Part shown: positions 10,234 to 24,327 of the stretch, piece by piece
How positions within the stretch are numbered: the first letter of the stretch is position 1
How the letters are laid out: each line of letters begins with the position of its first letter
Source of the DNA: Raillietiella orientalis
Taxonomy: Eukaryota
Assembly (NCBI GenBank): GCA_036172245.1
Contig: JAYWIR010000003.1
Span: forward strand, 3,472,001 to 3,536,000
Direction: 5' to 3'
Length of the DNA: 64,000 bases
Program-made: the position numbers and the translations under genes
Notes under the pieces: generated by a model
Database searches by the model: none
Seen by the model: only the letters and a program-made list of their open reading frames with translations
What the model was told of the DNA's origin: nothing

Positions 10234-13200
10234 GGGCGCTCGGCAGATGTACCGCCGGTCGGGTTTGGCACGGACTGGGATCGCAGAGTCCCTTCGAGCA
10301 ACCCGCGACTGCCGCAGCTCAACGCAGACGGCGGGAGCCCATGCGAGCCGCATCCGACGCGCCTGCTTCCCGCCGTCCTCGAGATGGTAGGGGAGGAGAA
10401 GCGTGGGCGGCGCGGCGCGCCCTTGCTTCGCATTCTTCTTTTTTGGGGGGTGGGGTGGGGTTAGAAGCGGAAATTTCCTTTTGCCTCCTGTTGCCCATGC
10501 GTCGATTGTGGAGGCCGGCCCGTTGAGCCCGCGGGAAGAGTTCCTATGAAGCTGGGATGCACCACCTGTTGACCGCTCATCCCGGCTCCACCCCACATCG
10601 AAACCCTAGAGAGGGTACGAAGAGACGGAAGACTAATAGCCGCTCGTCTTTGGGATCGGTCCACTTCCCGTGCACAGGAAGAGACGGGTGCGGGGTGGAA
10701 AAGGAGAGCCTTCAGAGTGCTCCCCCAGGGGTCGAGAGACTCTCCGTGGGGGCAGTCGTGTGGCTCGGTGGAGTCGTTCAATCCTCGATCGGGAGAGGAC
10801 CGCGCGAGTGGGCGGGGCCCGGAATCCCCCCCCCCCCGTTTCCACCCTTCCCGTTCCCTCTGCAGTGGCGACGCGCATCCACTGATCCACCGCAGCGCGA
10901 GCGTCCTTCTAGGAGGGATCGAAGGGCGCGTGCCCGTCTCATCGTGGCTTTCGAAGCGCAATGCTCAGGCTGTGGGTTCTCCTCGGGGAGCTCCTACGAC
11001 AAAGCAGAGGGAAGTCCCCAGGGAAGATCCAGACCGCCACTCCCGTTCCCGGGAATTCTCGAACCGTTTCCGCTAGTAGGAAGATGCCGACGGGAGTTTC
11101 CCCACCTCTTTTTGGCGCGCCGACGGGAGCGAGGAGGAGAGAGGCAGGAGGAGGTGGCCCGAAGACACTCCCAGACGCAACGAGCCCTCGCCGTCCCGCC
11201 CCGCGTGCCGCGTCCGAGGCGTCCGCTGTCGCCACCCTCTCTCGCGAGTCTTCCAGAGAGCGCTCCGTCGGGGCCGTCCGCCCGGGAGGCGGCGCCAGCG
11301 ACTGGAGGGAGGGGGACGGACGCAGCCGACGAGGGTCTGCGGGGACGGCAAGGCGGGGGAGGACGGAACCGCGGGAGATCGATGGGAGGGCCGCGGGAGC
11401 GCTCCCCGGGAACGGACGCTTCCCCGCCGTCGCTGCTCGGGCTCCGGACAGCGGCTTACGTGGCTCCTTCCGTCGACGGCTCCGGGATGGGGGAAGGGAC
11501 GACAGGCCCGAGGGCACCGAAGGGATCGGAGGTTTCCCACAGGATCGCGTGTTGCTCCGGATCTTACAAGTGACGAACGCGTGAGGGGGAGGGGACTCTC
11601 CCGACCAGGAGGGAGGCGCGGGTGCCTGGCAAGGCGGAGGAGCCGCCGCGGGCCTGCCCACTGCGTCTGCTCCTACGCGACTCGATGCGGTCCAGCGCCA
11701 GAGGAACGAGCCCCGGCTCCGGATGATGGCGACTCCGCGCAGCAACTCCTCTGCCCCAACTTACTCCGGGAGGAACCGCTGCGCCGCCGCCACCACACCA
11801 GAAACTGCGCTCTCCCAGCAGAGCGCGCGCAGGCGCTGTGGGCGTCGGTCGCCCTGTCCTACCAACCATCCACCTCCTGGGAACGTCCGCTCCGGTTCGC
11901 CCTGGAGCACCTGGATGGACGCAGGGAGCTCTCCCTCCCCGGACATGAGCTTCGCCGGATTTTCCTCCGGTTGCTCGCTGGCGACTCAGAGGGGCGCGAC
12001 TGGCGAGCCGTGTCGTCAGTAGGTGGGCAGCCTGGGAGCACGGGGAAGGCGGATCAGAGGCTGCTGGTACCTTGTGATGCTGGTGAGGCATAGCGCCTCC
12101 AGGATAACAAGGAGGGAAAGACGTTCCGAATGGTCCCTGCAGCATCCCATCCATCCGCGACTCATCCGCAGCATCTCGCGGAACGAGGAGCGCCGCCGTA
12201 GTCGACGGAGAGGTGGTCCGCGCGCGTTTCTGGCTCTGTCGCTAAAGAACCCGCCTGCGGGTGAGGAGGAGGGGAGGAGGGACAGAGAACTCTGCTCCAA
12301 GACACGGCGTCTCCCTCAACAAAACGAACGGGTCCCTCCCACGGGCGTTCAGACGTCACTGCCGCTTTCATCCCATCCGGAGGTGGTCCCGTGCAGAAGG
12401 GGGGAAGGCGAGGGAATCCGTCGCAGTTGACGTCAGAGGGAAGGACGGGGCGGAGCGCACGCCCTCCGCTCCCGCTGCGGGAACACGGCATGTCGGTCGG
12501 GGATCTCGGAAAGCCCGCTGAGCCGACCTACGAGACGTGCATTCCCGAAAACCCCGCTGCTCCGGGACAAGCGGGTCGCGACGAGCACTGGAGGGACATA
12601 GTGACCCCCCCCCCCCGCGCGGAGCTCAGGCTGGCGACGCCAGGCACCTCCTCTCTTGAGAACTAGGAAGCGACCCTGTGTCCATCGCATCGACGCCCCC
12701 CCCTCCTCTCCGACTGAAGTGCCTCCCCAAGTGTCCCCAGAAGGTCTTAGGGTGGAGTACGACTGTGACCTCGAGATCGACCTTCCTCCACGCCGCATTC
12801 GAGTGACGCGAGGCCTGCCGCTCCGCTTGCCGTTGCCCGTCGTCCCTGCTTCCCACAGATCCAGAGACGATGCTTGCCTCCGGCCCATTCAAAGTCGCCT
12901 CTCAAGTACAATGCACGTGGGCGGTCCTCCTGAACTGCGTGGCTGCCAAAATTTGAAAGTGGAAGGAGGGGGGCAAATGACGGTAGAAATTCGCCGAGTC
13001 GTGGGGCAGCATGGACGAACACGGACAGCCCCTCCGGCAGGAAGTTTCTCCAGGCGACGTAGGCTCGCATGAGGGGAAGGCTGTCCCGTTTGAGGGCAGG
13101 GCGTTCTGCCATGCTCTGGGATCACTGTCAGGCGACCGTGCGGCACGCCGCTAGCATTCGGGAGGACTCTGTCCATGACGGACGCGGACTTGCTAGCACC

Positions 13201-16200
13201 CGCCCTTCCTTCCTCTGCATGTCCCTGTCCGCAAGGAGTCTCGGGGAGTTTCACGCCCCTCGCGAAAGAAGAAGGCAGGGTGCGAACCGGCGGTGCTTTC
13301 CTTGGAAGGTTCACCCTGATTTCCTCCCTCCTTCCTTTCTTTCGGCGAAAGAGGAGACCTCCCGGACGGCCAACGTTCAGGCTCTGTTTCTCTTCCTCGC
13401 TCTCACACCCGGAAGGTCTCCAACTTTTGATCTTCGTCCTTCGCCCGAAGTGAACTCCGTCCGTTCCGTCCCTCGGACTCCTCCACGGACTCTTCGGGAG
13501 AGAAAGAGCCCCGGAGGGCAGACGTCGTCGTCACGAGTTACCCGCGTGTTCGCAAGGAACCACCCCTTCCAAGGAGGGCCACGAGAGCGCGGCCTGACCG
13601 ATGTCCAAGCGCTCAGAGTCAAGCGAAAGCCCTAAAGATGATACTCCGCGGCTTGTCGATGCCGTCCGAGCGACGAGACGAAGTAAGCAGAGGTCTGTTC
13701 CTACCTCGGAAAAGAGGGGCACTTGGATTTCGGTACGCACGGAGGAAACTTCGATATAATTGGCTGCCATCTTCTGCTTGATGACTTCCTTCGCCGGTAT
13801 TCGCTCCGCATGGCGGTTTTAAGAAATGAATTTCCTATCTACTTTGTTCCGTCTTGTTGCTTATGAGAGCAGTAACACAACAAACTAATAGTTATTCCAA
13901 GTGCCTACTTAGGAGCAACATGACGGTTACTAAGCGGAAATTCTCTGCACGTGCACGAGTTGCCGCGACACCTCATTCGGCTGCAGTTGAGTTTATTTTG
14001 TGCCTCCTGGCTGCATTCTTTCTCGTAGAATGTTGACTTTTTCTAAATTACAAAACAGAATGGTTCCATCAAGAGTAGCGCCGGCGTCTGATTCATCCAG
14101 TTTTTGTAAACATCGGTCTAGCAAAACTCACTGATGCTCCTTCCTCTCCTGCAACCAGGCGCGGTGCGGCGGCGAATTCTACCGCTGCCTGCAGATTGGA
14201 TTCAGGTCGGCGGCTCACTCTTTCGCTTTCCGGATGACCCGCCCTCGTCGAAGAACTCCTGCGAGTTTCGACCGCAAATGCGCGGCAGCGTGCCAAAGAC
14301 CCCACCCATCGTTTCTGCCAACTCATAGCAACGGGGCAGCAGCGCCGGATGCCGGCCGCACCGCGCGCTCCGCCGAATCCCAATGCCCCGCCGCAGGCGA
14401 CAAGTTGGCCGCCGACGTCCTCACTCCGTTTCATGGGAACGAAACTCTGCGATCAGTTGTGCTTCCCGGGAGCCGTGCGTGCTGCAGTCGTCAAGCGGAT
14501 CCCTCCCCTCTTTGCAGAGCGGGATGGACGCAAGAAAGGCCAAAGTTCCGGATTTGGGACTGGTGACGAATCGAAATGAGGAGGGGAGAAGCAGCACCCG
14601 CGGTTTCGCATTCGCGTCGCGGCTATGCCACTGTTCCTGTCAGTGGCACAGGCGGCACAGCCTTCTCGGCTGCGCCCACGACTCGTGGAAAAGCAGGGTG
14701 ACCAGCTCGCGCAGCACGGCCTCTTTCCGAGACAGCAGCTGGGAAGAGTCCTCTCTTGTGTTCGATAAGGTAGCTGAAGTGGCGCAGTGGAAAGGAGATG
14801 CACAAGTTGAAGGACGCAAAGCAGCGACTTCCTGCTCTTGTACCTTTGTGCTCCCGGAGACCGCGATTCGCTCTTTGCTTGGCCATCACAAAATAGAGCA
14901 AAGCGACCCTTTTTTCTTCTTCCACGGTTTTTCTTCTTTCCTTTTGATCGTGCGCCCACGTTTGTGATCCCCGGAGCGCCAGTTCTTCAACTTCTGGATA
15001 CAACCGGGCAACCGTTTTCCTTTGTCTCCATCCAAGAAAGGTGTTTTCTCGAAAACATCGCTGTTGGAATTCCTGGTTGCCTGTTTCGTAATCGAAGAAG
15101 GAAGGGCACGAGGGAAAGAGGATCGCCTGCTCGTCGCTTTCGAAATGCCTCCAGCGCTCGCGAAGTCTTCGAAGAGCACTTCATTAGCACTGTCCGGACA
15201 CTGGCGCAAGGCGCTCACATGCACGTCACGCACTACCGGGACGTGTGCATTGCTTTATCCGAATTCTTCGAGGGAAGGGGATGACCTGATGCAGCTTTCA
15301 CACCGTTGTCGGAACGCACGAATGTCCTTCTGAAGGCCACGAAATCCGCACGGAAAGCACCAAAGTGCTTGATCAATTTAGGGCACCCCGGTAACGCGTT
15401 CTTCGAAATCCAACTCCCATTTCTCTCAGCCGTCAGGAGCACAATGGGAGGCCATGTATATAAAATTGGAATGCGTACCCTCCTCCGCTGATATGTTCCA
15501 AGATCAGTATCGATATCGTGAAACACGAAGAGCCCAGTGTGGTAGGAGCGTGAGCAAATGCTGAGCACGTAGTTTGGGGGATGTCTTTGTCACCATTAAG
15601 GGTAATCGCTGCCAGGGAGTGGCGGAAGAACGAAGATTTCAACCAGCGCTTGAGGAATTTTATTACGCCGCGCAGACTGAATACGCCAAAGAAAGAAGGT
15701 ATTTACAGGAGTGAATTGAATTTCTAATCTCTTGGAACGAGCAGAGCTCGGCAGAACGAGACCGGGAGCAGAAGCTTCGGAGATGGTTTCGGGTGGATGA
15801 CCTTTGACACGGTTCTGATTGATAGCCTTCTTTCAAGCTGCGATGAAAGCGAGGGCCAAACTTTTAAACGCAGCGCTTGGGAAAATCCACTCACCTGCCT
15901 GAGCTTTCTTTGAGAAAATCATCAGATGACTTCCTCTCGAGCGAAGCAGACCAACCGCTTCGCCCATCACGATTGGATCCGATTGGCAGCTGGCAGTTCA
16001 CAGGCCCGCAGCACGGCGAACTTTTTCGATGTTCACCTTCGTTTCAGAAGAGCGGATCAAGAGAGATGCGAGCGCCGAAAAGTACAGCGCACAAAGTGTA
16101 CCGAACGTGTATTCGACGTATTAAAGCGATAGATTTATTTGGTCAACAGCGATCAGCGCAAAGCGTTCCCGTTCAATAGTTTGCATCTCGTTTGCATCTT

Positions 16201-19200
16201 CCCTCGAATCTGATTAGAACCACGGAGGTACGTCTTCTTCCCATCCTGTTCTTCAATGAACTGCGTGTAGAACGCTATGTCCTCAGAAAATCCAGTAAAG
16301 TAGGAAAACGGGAATCAGGACATGAGTGTTCTTTTCTGCCTCGACCGAGATGCCGAAATACGATAACATCATCTTCATGCAGAGTTTTTTTTCTTTCTTT
16401 CTTTTCCTTGCAGTCTGCTTTTCGAACGTCCTATGCCATCATCAGACGGCGGTGCCAATCCAACGGAGCTCTCTTTTCAAATTTTTTCCCCTCCTCGCAT
16501 AGACGTGCCCATAGTTTCCCGTTAGCTGAAGATGGCTCCAACATCAGCATTCCTCAGCTCTTGTGCAGTCGCGATGTCATCGGAACCGATCCATTCGCCT
16601 GCCAGAAACGAATGAAGCGGTCCAAGCGGTTTGAATGGAACAACGAGAAAGCGATGTTTGACGACGGAAGGAAAGAAGAAGGCAAGGCGTTAAGAGAAGC
16701 AATAGACAGGCACTTGGAGAAGAAGAGAGAGAGAGACAACAGACACACCTCCCACAAATAACCGACAGCTCATCGTGCACCGTCTGCTCATGTTTGACAA
16801 GGAGCCCACTGATTTATCTCTGGGCTCTGGCCATGGCGCCTGGTGTTGCGTGGCTCCCGATGGAAGGTGCACCTCCTGACGAGAGAAGCGAAGCCGGGAA
16901 GCTGCTGGAAAGAAGAGCGCGATTTTGCAAGCAGAGAGGGAAAACAATCTGTTGCTGTAATCTGCGAAAACGAGAGTCTTCGAGACAGCCGGAGATGCGA
17001 CACGAAAAATAAACAGCATGTTGATGGAATTCGCATACGAGGCTGCTGTGTGCGACGAGCCTCACAAGGAGGGAAGCAGCTCAGTCCGAGGCAGATGGAG
17101 GACAAGGAGACGATCTCGCTGACAGCAACAAAACTGCTTTACGATTCGCGGTTCTCAATCAAAACGTGTTCCCATGGCAGCAGTTCCGATGCTGGATAGA
17201 CGAAGGTCCAGGAAATTCTTGCTGTTTCCTTGGAACCAGGCGAGCAGTTACAAGCGTCCATTCACTTCTAATAAAACAGTTCCCATATGTATTGCACGGC
17301 AGAGCACGCATGTCATTTTCATTTCATTCACACAGGCTTACGCTATAGAAATTCTATGCTCATCTTGGCATTGATAGGTCGCGAACATCACGAAGCGGAG
17401 GGATCCAAACGTGGCTGGGAGCATTACCTGTTCGATGCCAGCGTCCCCCACATAAGGGACAGCTCCTGATGGCATTTTTCGGAATGGTTAAAAATTGGCA
17501 ATCTCTGTCGTAAGGTCAAAATTTCCTGAAGCAACACATTTGTCCACAAACGAAACGTAAATCGAGAATCCTCATCTCGTCATGGCTCTTACTTAAAAAC
17601 TCTCATCTTAGCTCAAGATTTCCACAACACCCCCGGGGGTCCGACCTCATAGTAACGCAGGGGATTTGCGCCTAAAGCTGGAACGGTAATTTCGGAAACC
17701 TCACCGCCCATTCGAGTCAAAAAGCAGAAAGCATGCCATTCCATCCGAGTGCTTCCACACTGTCCTCCCGCGGTACGATTTTGAAATTCATGTGCTGCGT
17801 GAACTCTCGCTTCTGGAAGAATGCCACAGGGGCTTCCAGTACCAAAGCACATGCTGGTTTCACCAAGGATCGCTCAAGGGCGCGGTCTCGACACGGAAGC
17901 CGAAGCCAAAAAGTCGTCAAGCAGTCACGCAAATTTTAACCTTCAGCAGAATGCGTGTGCGCGTCTTCGCCAAGCTGCCCGCGGAAACCAACACGAATTC
18001 CTTCCCAACGCAATCAGGGGGACTGAAATGAAGAGTACACTCTTGTTTGCTGTACACAGTTCCAGCTGGTCCCACGATGACCACCGGAGCGTTCTTTGCT
18101 AATGCAGGGGAAAAGGAGACGTTGAAGAGCTGCGGAGTACGAGTGGACGGATCCACCGCAAACGCCCACCGAATAAGCAGGCAGCCGCTGCAGTCCACTA
18201 TTTGGTGCAAGCCTTCAACAAGGACGACCCAGCCACCGTTGGTGGTCCGTTCCAAAAAACGAGGAAATTACATGATGCCTTCTCGGAAGGGGCTCTTTGC
18301 ACTCAACCGATTGAATCTTTCCTCGTTTGCGACACGCACACTTCCGAAAATCCCTTACTCGGCTACAGAACGACACTCATTCGTCGCCTCTGAGGAATGG
18401 GACAAATCTCGAATTCTACCTGCATGCATTCACCTCATGAAATCGGCCGTTTCATTCCACGTACGGCCTCGATAACACGAATAAGTCCCATATGGAGGTG
18501 CAACACGTGGAAGGAAGCAAAAGAAGCCACGTTCCCAGAGAGCAAACTCCCTCTTTGCCCTGGACGTGAGATACGTGGATGGAAACATTCACAAACAAAA
18601 CGTTACTCCTTGGGAGGTTCACTTCTGAGAATTCGTTCCACATGGAATGATTTTTTCTGTCGAGTCCCATCGGCTTACGTGCCACATATGTGAAAAGTAC
18701 ATCTTTTCAAAAGGAAAGAGCCAATGTTGACATCAGGATACGAAGGCAGCAATGAGTTTCCTTGCCATCTGATGGATAACTTTCGAAAAAACACCAATTG
18801 TGGAAATATTTTTGGAGTTTTCTGTTGAGAAGTGTTGTAAACTTTTCCTGATTTTAATTATCCTGTGTGATCCTACACGCAGACTATTTTGACACAGATA
18901 TGAATTTAATGTCTACCCTTGAAGCAGCAAATTAATTTACTTATATAGCTCAAGGTTATAGATTGTGATTAACACCAGGAACATAGACTTATTTACTATT
19001 TGTCAATTATATTTGCAGTTTTCCTGATACACCATCAATTTTCATAGGCAGTTTTTTACATGTTACCTCATCGTTTTAGGGACATGTTTAATAGAGACGT
19101 TTTTCTCAACATTTTTTACCATGAAATCGACGATATTATGAATTTCTTTTTATTATATTACACATAGGCACAACTACTGAAAAAGAAGATGTATAGAAAC

Positions 19201-22200
19201 CACAATTAAGATTTTAAAACTTGAAAATTACGTTCATAAATGGATCATGCCTTTGATGCATTCATCAGGTTACCACTGTATACTTGTTCCTATGAGGCTA
19301 CACACAAAACACAAAAACATAACATAGCATAGCAGAATTCCCCTGAAAGAACTGAATGCTGCACTCCCATGCTTCATGGAACTTGTGCAGCAAAATACTC
19401 TCATTTTATAGTTATTTTTTGTCATGCTGCAGCATGATGGTGCCATGATGTTCTAACATGAATGTAGCACTATTTGTGACATCCAACAGAATTCAATAAT
19501 TTCAATGGACATCATAGACTACTAATAAATAAAATGCATAATTCATATGTAAAAATAATTACTAACAGATGAAGAGTTACAAATACATTTTGTTTGTATG
19601 CAATTTCTCAAATTCCACCTTTGATTTTTCTCAAAGCTTTGGTCAAGAAAAGCAGTGAGCCATGATGCTGATGTCAATGTAAAGAATTGTAAGATTCTTT
19701 AGAATTTAAAAGTTTGGAATAATAAGGGAATTCTCTGAACTAAACCTACACACTGCATTTTTGAATTCAAATGCCAGATTAATACCTGAAAAGTTCGCAA
19801 ATCCCTCCACTAAGACTGCACAAATGTAAATTAGGGTGCACAAAAGTGAAATTCTTTAGGGGAAGTGAAAGTTACCTATGCCTTTTACAAAAATTTCTAC
19901 AACGACAACTGTGCACATTTTTTATTCCAAATCATGAAATGAATGGCAACTTCTGCTAAATAGCAGCATACATCTCAAATACTGATAGCTCTTGGCATTT
20001 CCTACATACAGATAATCTTAGTCTAATGATGCAGCTCCTTTGTTAAAATGTGACAAAACAAATAAAGCCCATCTTTATGGCAAGCAACCAAGTATGCATG
20101 ACTTTACAGTTTGCTGTCCTAATGCTGCTATGAGCATGCAATCACACAATTTGAAGGAATCCTAAGAAGTTCCAAATAAAACTTCTTTTAGATCCTGCAA
20201 CGGAGGCAACATTAATTGGTGTTTAAACGTAACAAAGAATGACAACTGCATATGACACAAGAAAAATGAGCACAACAAAATAGCTTTTTTCCTGGCTTCA
20301 TGCTGCAGAGGGGAAAGAGATGGAAATATGTGAAAATTCCTCCTGCAGTCCGTGGATGCGGGCTGAAGAGGCTGTTCACGAAATTTAAAAACGAGACATT
20401 TGGAGCTTCACTCTACGAAACCAAACAAAGCACCAGGTTGTCCATTACTAGCAGGAGTGTAAAAAGACCTTCGTCACGACCAAATCATTTGATAGTCTGA
20501 ATTTTCATCTTTCGGCAGATCTCAATCTGCGAGCTCTTCTTCGAATGAGGACGGAAATTTGCAAAACGATGCTTCGAAGAAAGAAGTGCGAGAAGGGTGC
20601 AGAATCCCATGGGGTTTCTGGGGGAATTTTTTAGAGAACGCCTCTTGGAATGTTTCTGGGAAAACCCCGCAAACTCTGCAATAACAAAAGCGAAACTCGA
20701 GATGTTGGCAACTCTTCAGCAACCAAAAATTCACTCCTCAGAAAATCTAAATATACCAACCATTCCAATGGTTATGCTTTCTTTCTTTCTTTTCGGAAGA
20801 ACGAAATTCAGTGCAGCCGCTCCTCCCCTGATTTTATGGTTGGGGCGAAATGCAGATTCCGTCTTGGTTCGAGGTTCGTCTCGAATCAAGAGCAAGCAAG
20901 ACGATGAGCTTCTCCAGGCTGAACCGACAAGGGCGTGGTCCCGGGGGCTGCCCGACCGTGCAGGACACCGCCATCGGTTTCCGCCTCCTTCCTTCAGGGC
21001 GAACGCGCATTTCCGGACTTCCAGCGGGCAGCTGCAGCGGAGTCAGCGAGTGGTGAGTCACCTGCTGCCCCGGTCCAAGTCTCGCTGGGTCGAATCCTGC
21101 ACACACCTTGCTCCCGGCGGTTTCACCGGTCCGCCTCCCAGCTGTCCGACTCGTGGAGACATGGCGGACGCGGGCCGCGGCGTAAACCTCGGCTTCCGGA
21201 TCCGAGGGTGCGAGCCACTTTCCTGACTCCTCTGCTCTCCTCTTCCGCGGAGTCCGTAGCCATGGTGCCTGTGGGGAAGTCTAGCGCGAAGCACGGGACG
21301 AGCCGCCTGAAACCGACCCGCCTCAGGGTCGACCTTGTGACGAAGAAGCAAGGAATGCAGCGAGGGAGGAGAATGCGGATGGAGAAAGTCCCTCTGCAAG
21401 AAACCACTCCTGGAAACCACTTCGTCCTTACTTGCACCTCATCCCTTCTGGAGCATCCCCGCTGCGCACGGCACGTCGTACGGGGCTCCCCGGAGCACGT
21501 CGCGGACGTCCACGGGGAGCAGCGGGAGGTCACGTGCTCTTTCTCGGTGGACAAAGAGCGTCTTCTTGTATCCGAGGTCACCTGGGGCCCAATAAGGGAT
21601 GAGACATCCCGTATCGGGGCCCACAGGAACAAAAGACGCAGCAAGCTGGCCCTCTGGAGCAGAAGGCAAGATTGAAGAAGCAAGATGAGAAGGGCTGGCT
21701 CCTGTTTCGGCTCACGCTCAAAACGGGCAATCACTAGACGGAAGGCAGCCCCTGCCCCCCACTACCCTGTTCACGGAGCGCACCGCTCGCTTGAGTGGCA
21801 TCTCTATCGAACTGCCCTTCGAGCAATAGTTTCCTTCTAGCGTCATTAGCGAACCTCAGAAAGTCTTTATCACTTCAGTGGAGCAGCAGCGGCGCTGTTC
21901 TCATCCCCGATAGATGCGGCTCGGAGTGAGGTGCCCATCAGGTGCGCGCGGGGCAGCATAGAAAATGGCGAATGGACATTTGACTGCGAAATGGGGATCT
22001 CCTAGCAGCGTCTCATAAGGAAAGCTTACAGCTCTTACACACTGGGATCAGGGTCGAAGAGATTGATGGGAAGAGTTCCAGCTGCAGAAGCGAGCTCCGG
22101 AAGGCTCTTGGAGGCGGGACGCCGGAACGGGAGAGGCGGAAGCATCCCCCAAGTTCAGGAGGCATGCATCCACTTTTCGGGTGGAATGATCTTCTGTCTC

Positions 22201-23183
22201 CTCTCCTGCAAGTTTAACGACAGCGACGGTTCCCAGGAGAGGGGACTGCTCCCGCGGAGAGAGCCGGCGACCGGATGTGCCCACATTATGTCTGCCAGAA
22301 AGAGCCCCAGAAAATCAACATTCGGTGGATGGTAGGCAAGCCACCAAATGTTGATTAGAAGCATTAGAATCCCGAGCCTTTCAAGAATGCTGCCTCATCC
22401 ACACACAGAGATTATGATCATTTTAAGAATTCCACACGCCTCTTCTGAGCATTATCATCTCCATATTCTGGCACGGTTTGCTGAAGGGGAGGAGCTTAGG
22501 GAAGTTTTCCTGTTTACACCTAATGAAGCCAGGACGTTAACTGGAGCAAAACAATAAACACGGAAGGATGGTAGGACTCAGGTTCCACCACGTCGCAGGC
22601 GCAAATGCCGAAATGTCGGCCAGTACGCCGACGAAATCCTCATCAGAGAATTAGAAAGGGGAACAAAAAAAAACGAATTAGCGACTATTTTATTTGTTGG
22701 AATGAATATTGTATTTGATACATTTGAATGAACATTGTCTTTGGGGAATTCCGGCAGGCGTCACAGTCTATTCCGTGGAATCCTCTGCATTCGCTGAAGA
22801 ATAGCTCGGATAGGATCAGGTGAAAAGGATGCCTAGATGCTCCAGAAGCTCCACAGGAACTCATAAATCTCAGGAGCACGCACAAAATTAGTAGAAGAAA
22901 AAAAAAACATTCTTCCATTTATTCAGCCAAGTCTCATTCTTTTTTTCCGAGGAATCCGCGCTTTCAGATACCAAGAAATCAGCTTGTTTCTCGAAGCTAA
23001 AAAGCCGTATCTAATCTATCTAACAGTTTATCAACTTTAACACTTGATTGCCCTTTTCAGAATCCGCAGCTGATACTAGCCCCCCAAATGCACTGACTAA
23101 TGATTACAATGCAGACATAGGTAACAGCTCTTTGCTTGTGACAATATGCAAACTTGGTCGCTCTTTGCTTGCTTAAAAGCTAC

Positions 23184-23204
23184 ATATATATATATATATA
23201 TATA
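23184..23204. repeat. (AT)n microsatellite
   Basis: Direct reading. Confidence 0.9.
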
Positions 23205-24327
23205 ATATCTGTTCTATACTTGGGCAACATGTACTCACTAAAGTTTTTCATCCAAAGAAGGGATGCTGCTTACACTTATTATGTCCTAATCCCCACTTTC
23301 ACAAGAATGGACTTGACAAATAAATGTGCATTCTTTCATCTCATCATTTATCTTTTTAATAAAGAAAACTCCTTAAAGGTTTTCCCTAATTTTCAAGCAC
23401 TAATCACTGCACAATTTGTCACAGTTTATTTATGACATCAGTCTCCACGTTTGCCTGTTTCCAGTCTTCCATCCCTGCTTTACCAACCAAAATATTCAGA
23501 AGCATTTAATGGTATTGACGATGTGAAACCTTCATGAAACTTGGAAACAATCCGTTTGTTCATAATGGCTCACAATGTTAACAGTTAGTTCCAAACTACA
23601 GATATGCTAATAGTACCATTCCTAAGCACACATTTCCTAAAATATCTGAAAACTGCTGTTGAGTTCTGAAAATGAAAATGGTAATGAGGCAGATGCAGCA
23701 CATCTTAGTACCAGACCTAAATCCTACTGTCATCACTTTGAAATAAATAAATCGTTCCCTAAATTTTTTGATTCAAAAGACCAGCAAACAGCTTCAACTT
23801 TCCACATAAAATTGTATTTAAATATTCACAAACACACGTACAATCTTATTCGTAAGAACTCATCCTCTCAGCTGGAGCTACCAAATAGTGAATCAATAAG
23901 ATTCTTGTATTGCAAGTTGCTGGCAAGAATTAAAAAATTGCTAAAATTCCATTTGCTTCATTTGTTGACTAGTGAATGGTCAGTAACAAGTCTCATATCT
24001 ACCACAGATGGAATCTTAAGAAAAAAATCTTTCAAAAACTTTTTCACTTACTTCAATGCTGGTGTTTTGCAGCATGTCCTGTTCACATATCCAGTCATTG
24101 TCACATTTAGTTTCCTGAACTACATGTTCCATATGACACAGCCCTTTTTTCGTTCATTTAATACAATGGACTATTCACAAACTACTTCCTAACAAAATTT
24201 AAAACTTTACATCATCACATGAAGGCAAAATGTAGCACTTGGTGACATGAAGGTTTAAACAAAACAACAACTGATAGACTGGCTATTCCTTTGGTACAAA
24301 AACTTATTCACAGTCACCAAACAAACA

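Noticed and set aside
1000..13700. Many long overlapping ORFs (e.g. 482 aa at 8226-9674, 338 aa at 10557-11573)
   Set aside because: Arg/Pro/Gly/Ser-rich products open in several frames at once, as expected from high GC and few stop codons; no recognisable domains.
21040..21100. tRNA/SINE-like A and B boxes (agcgagtgg ... gggtcgaatcctgc)
   Set aside because: Degenerate B box, no cloverleaf could be built and no second copy was seen.
22605..22650. CTGATGAG (minus strand) beside a small stem, suggesting a hammerhead ribozyme
   Set aside because: No GAAA closing stem II on the same strand; the same applies to ctgatgag at ~28255.
23659..24192. 177-aa plus-strand ORF
   Set aside because: Starts at TTG, lies antisense to the presumed WDR37 3'UTR, no recognisable homology.
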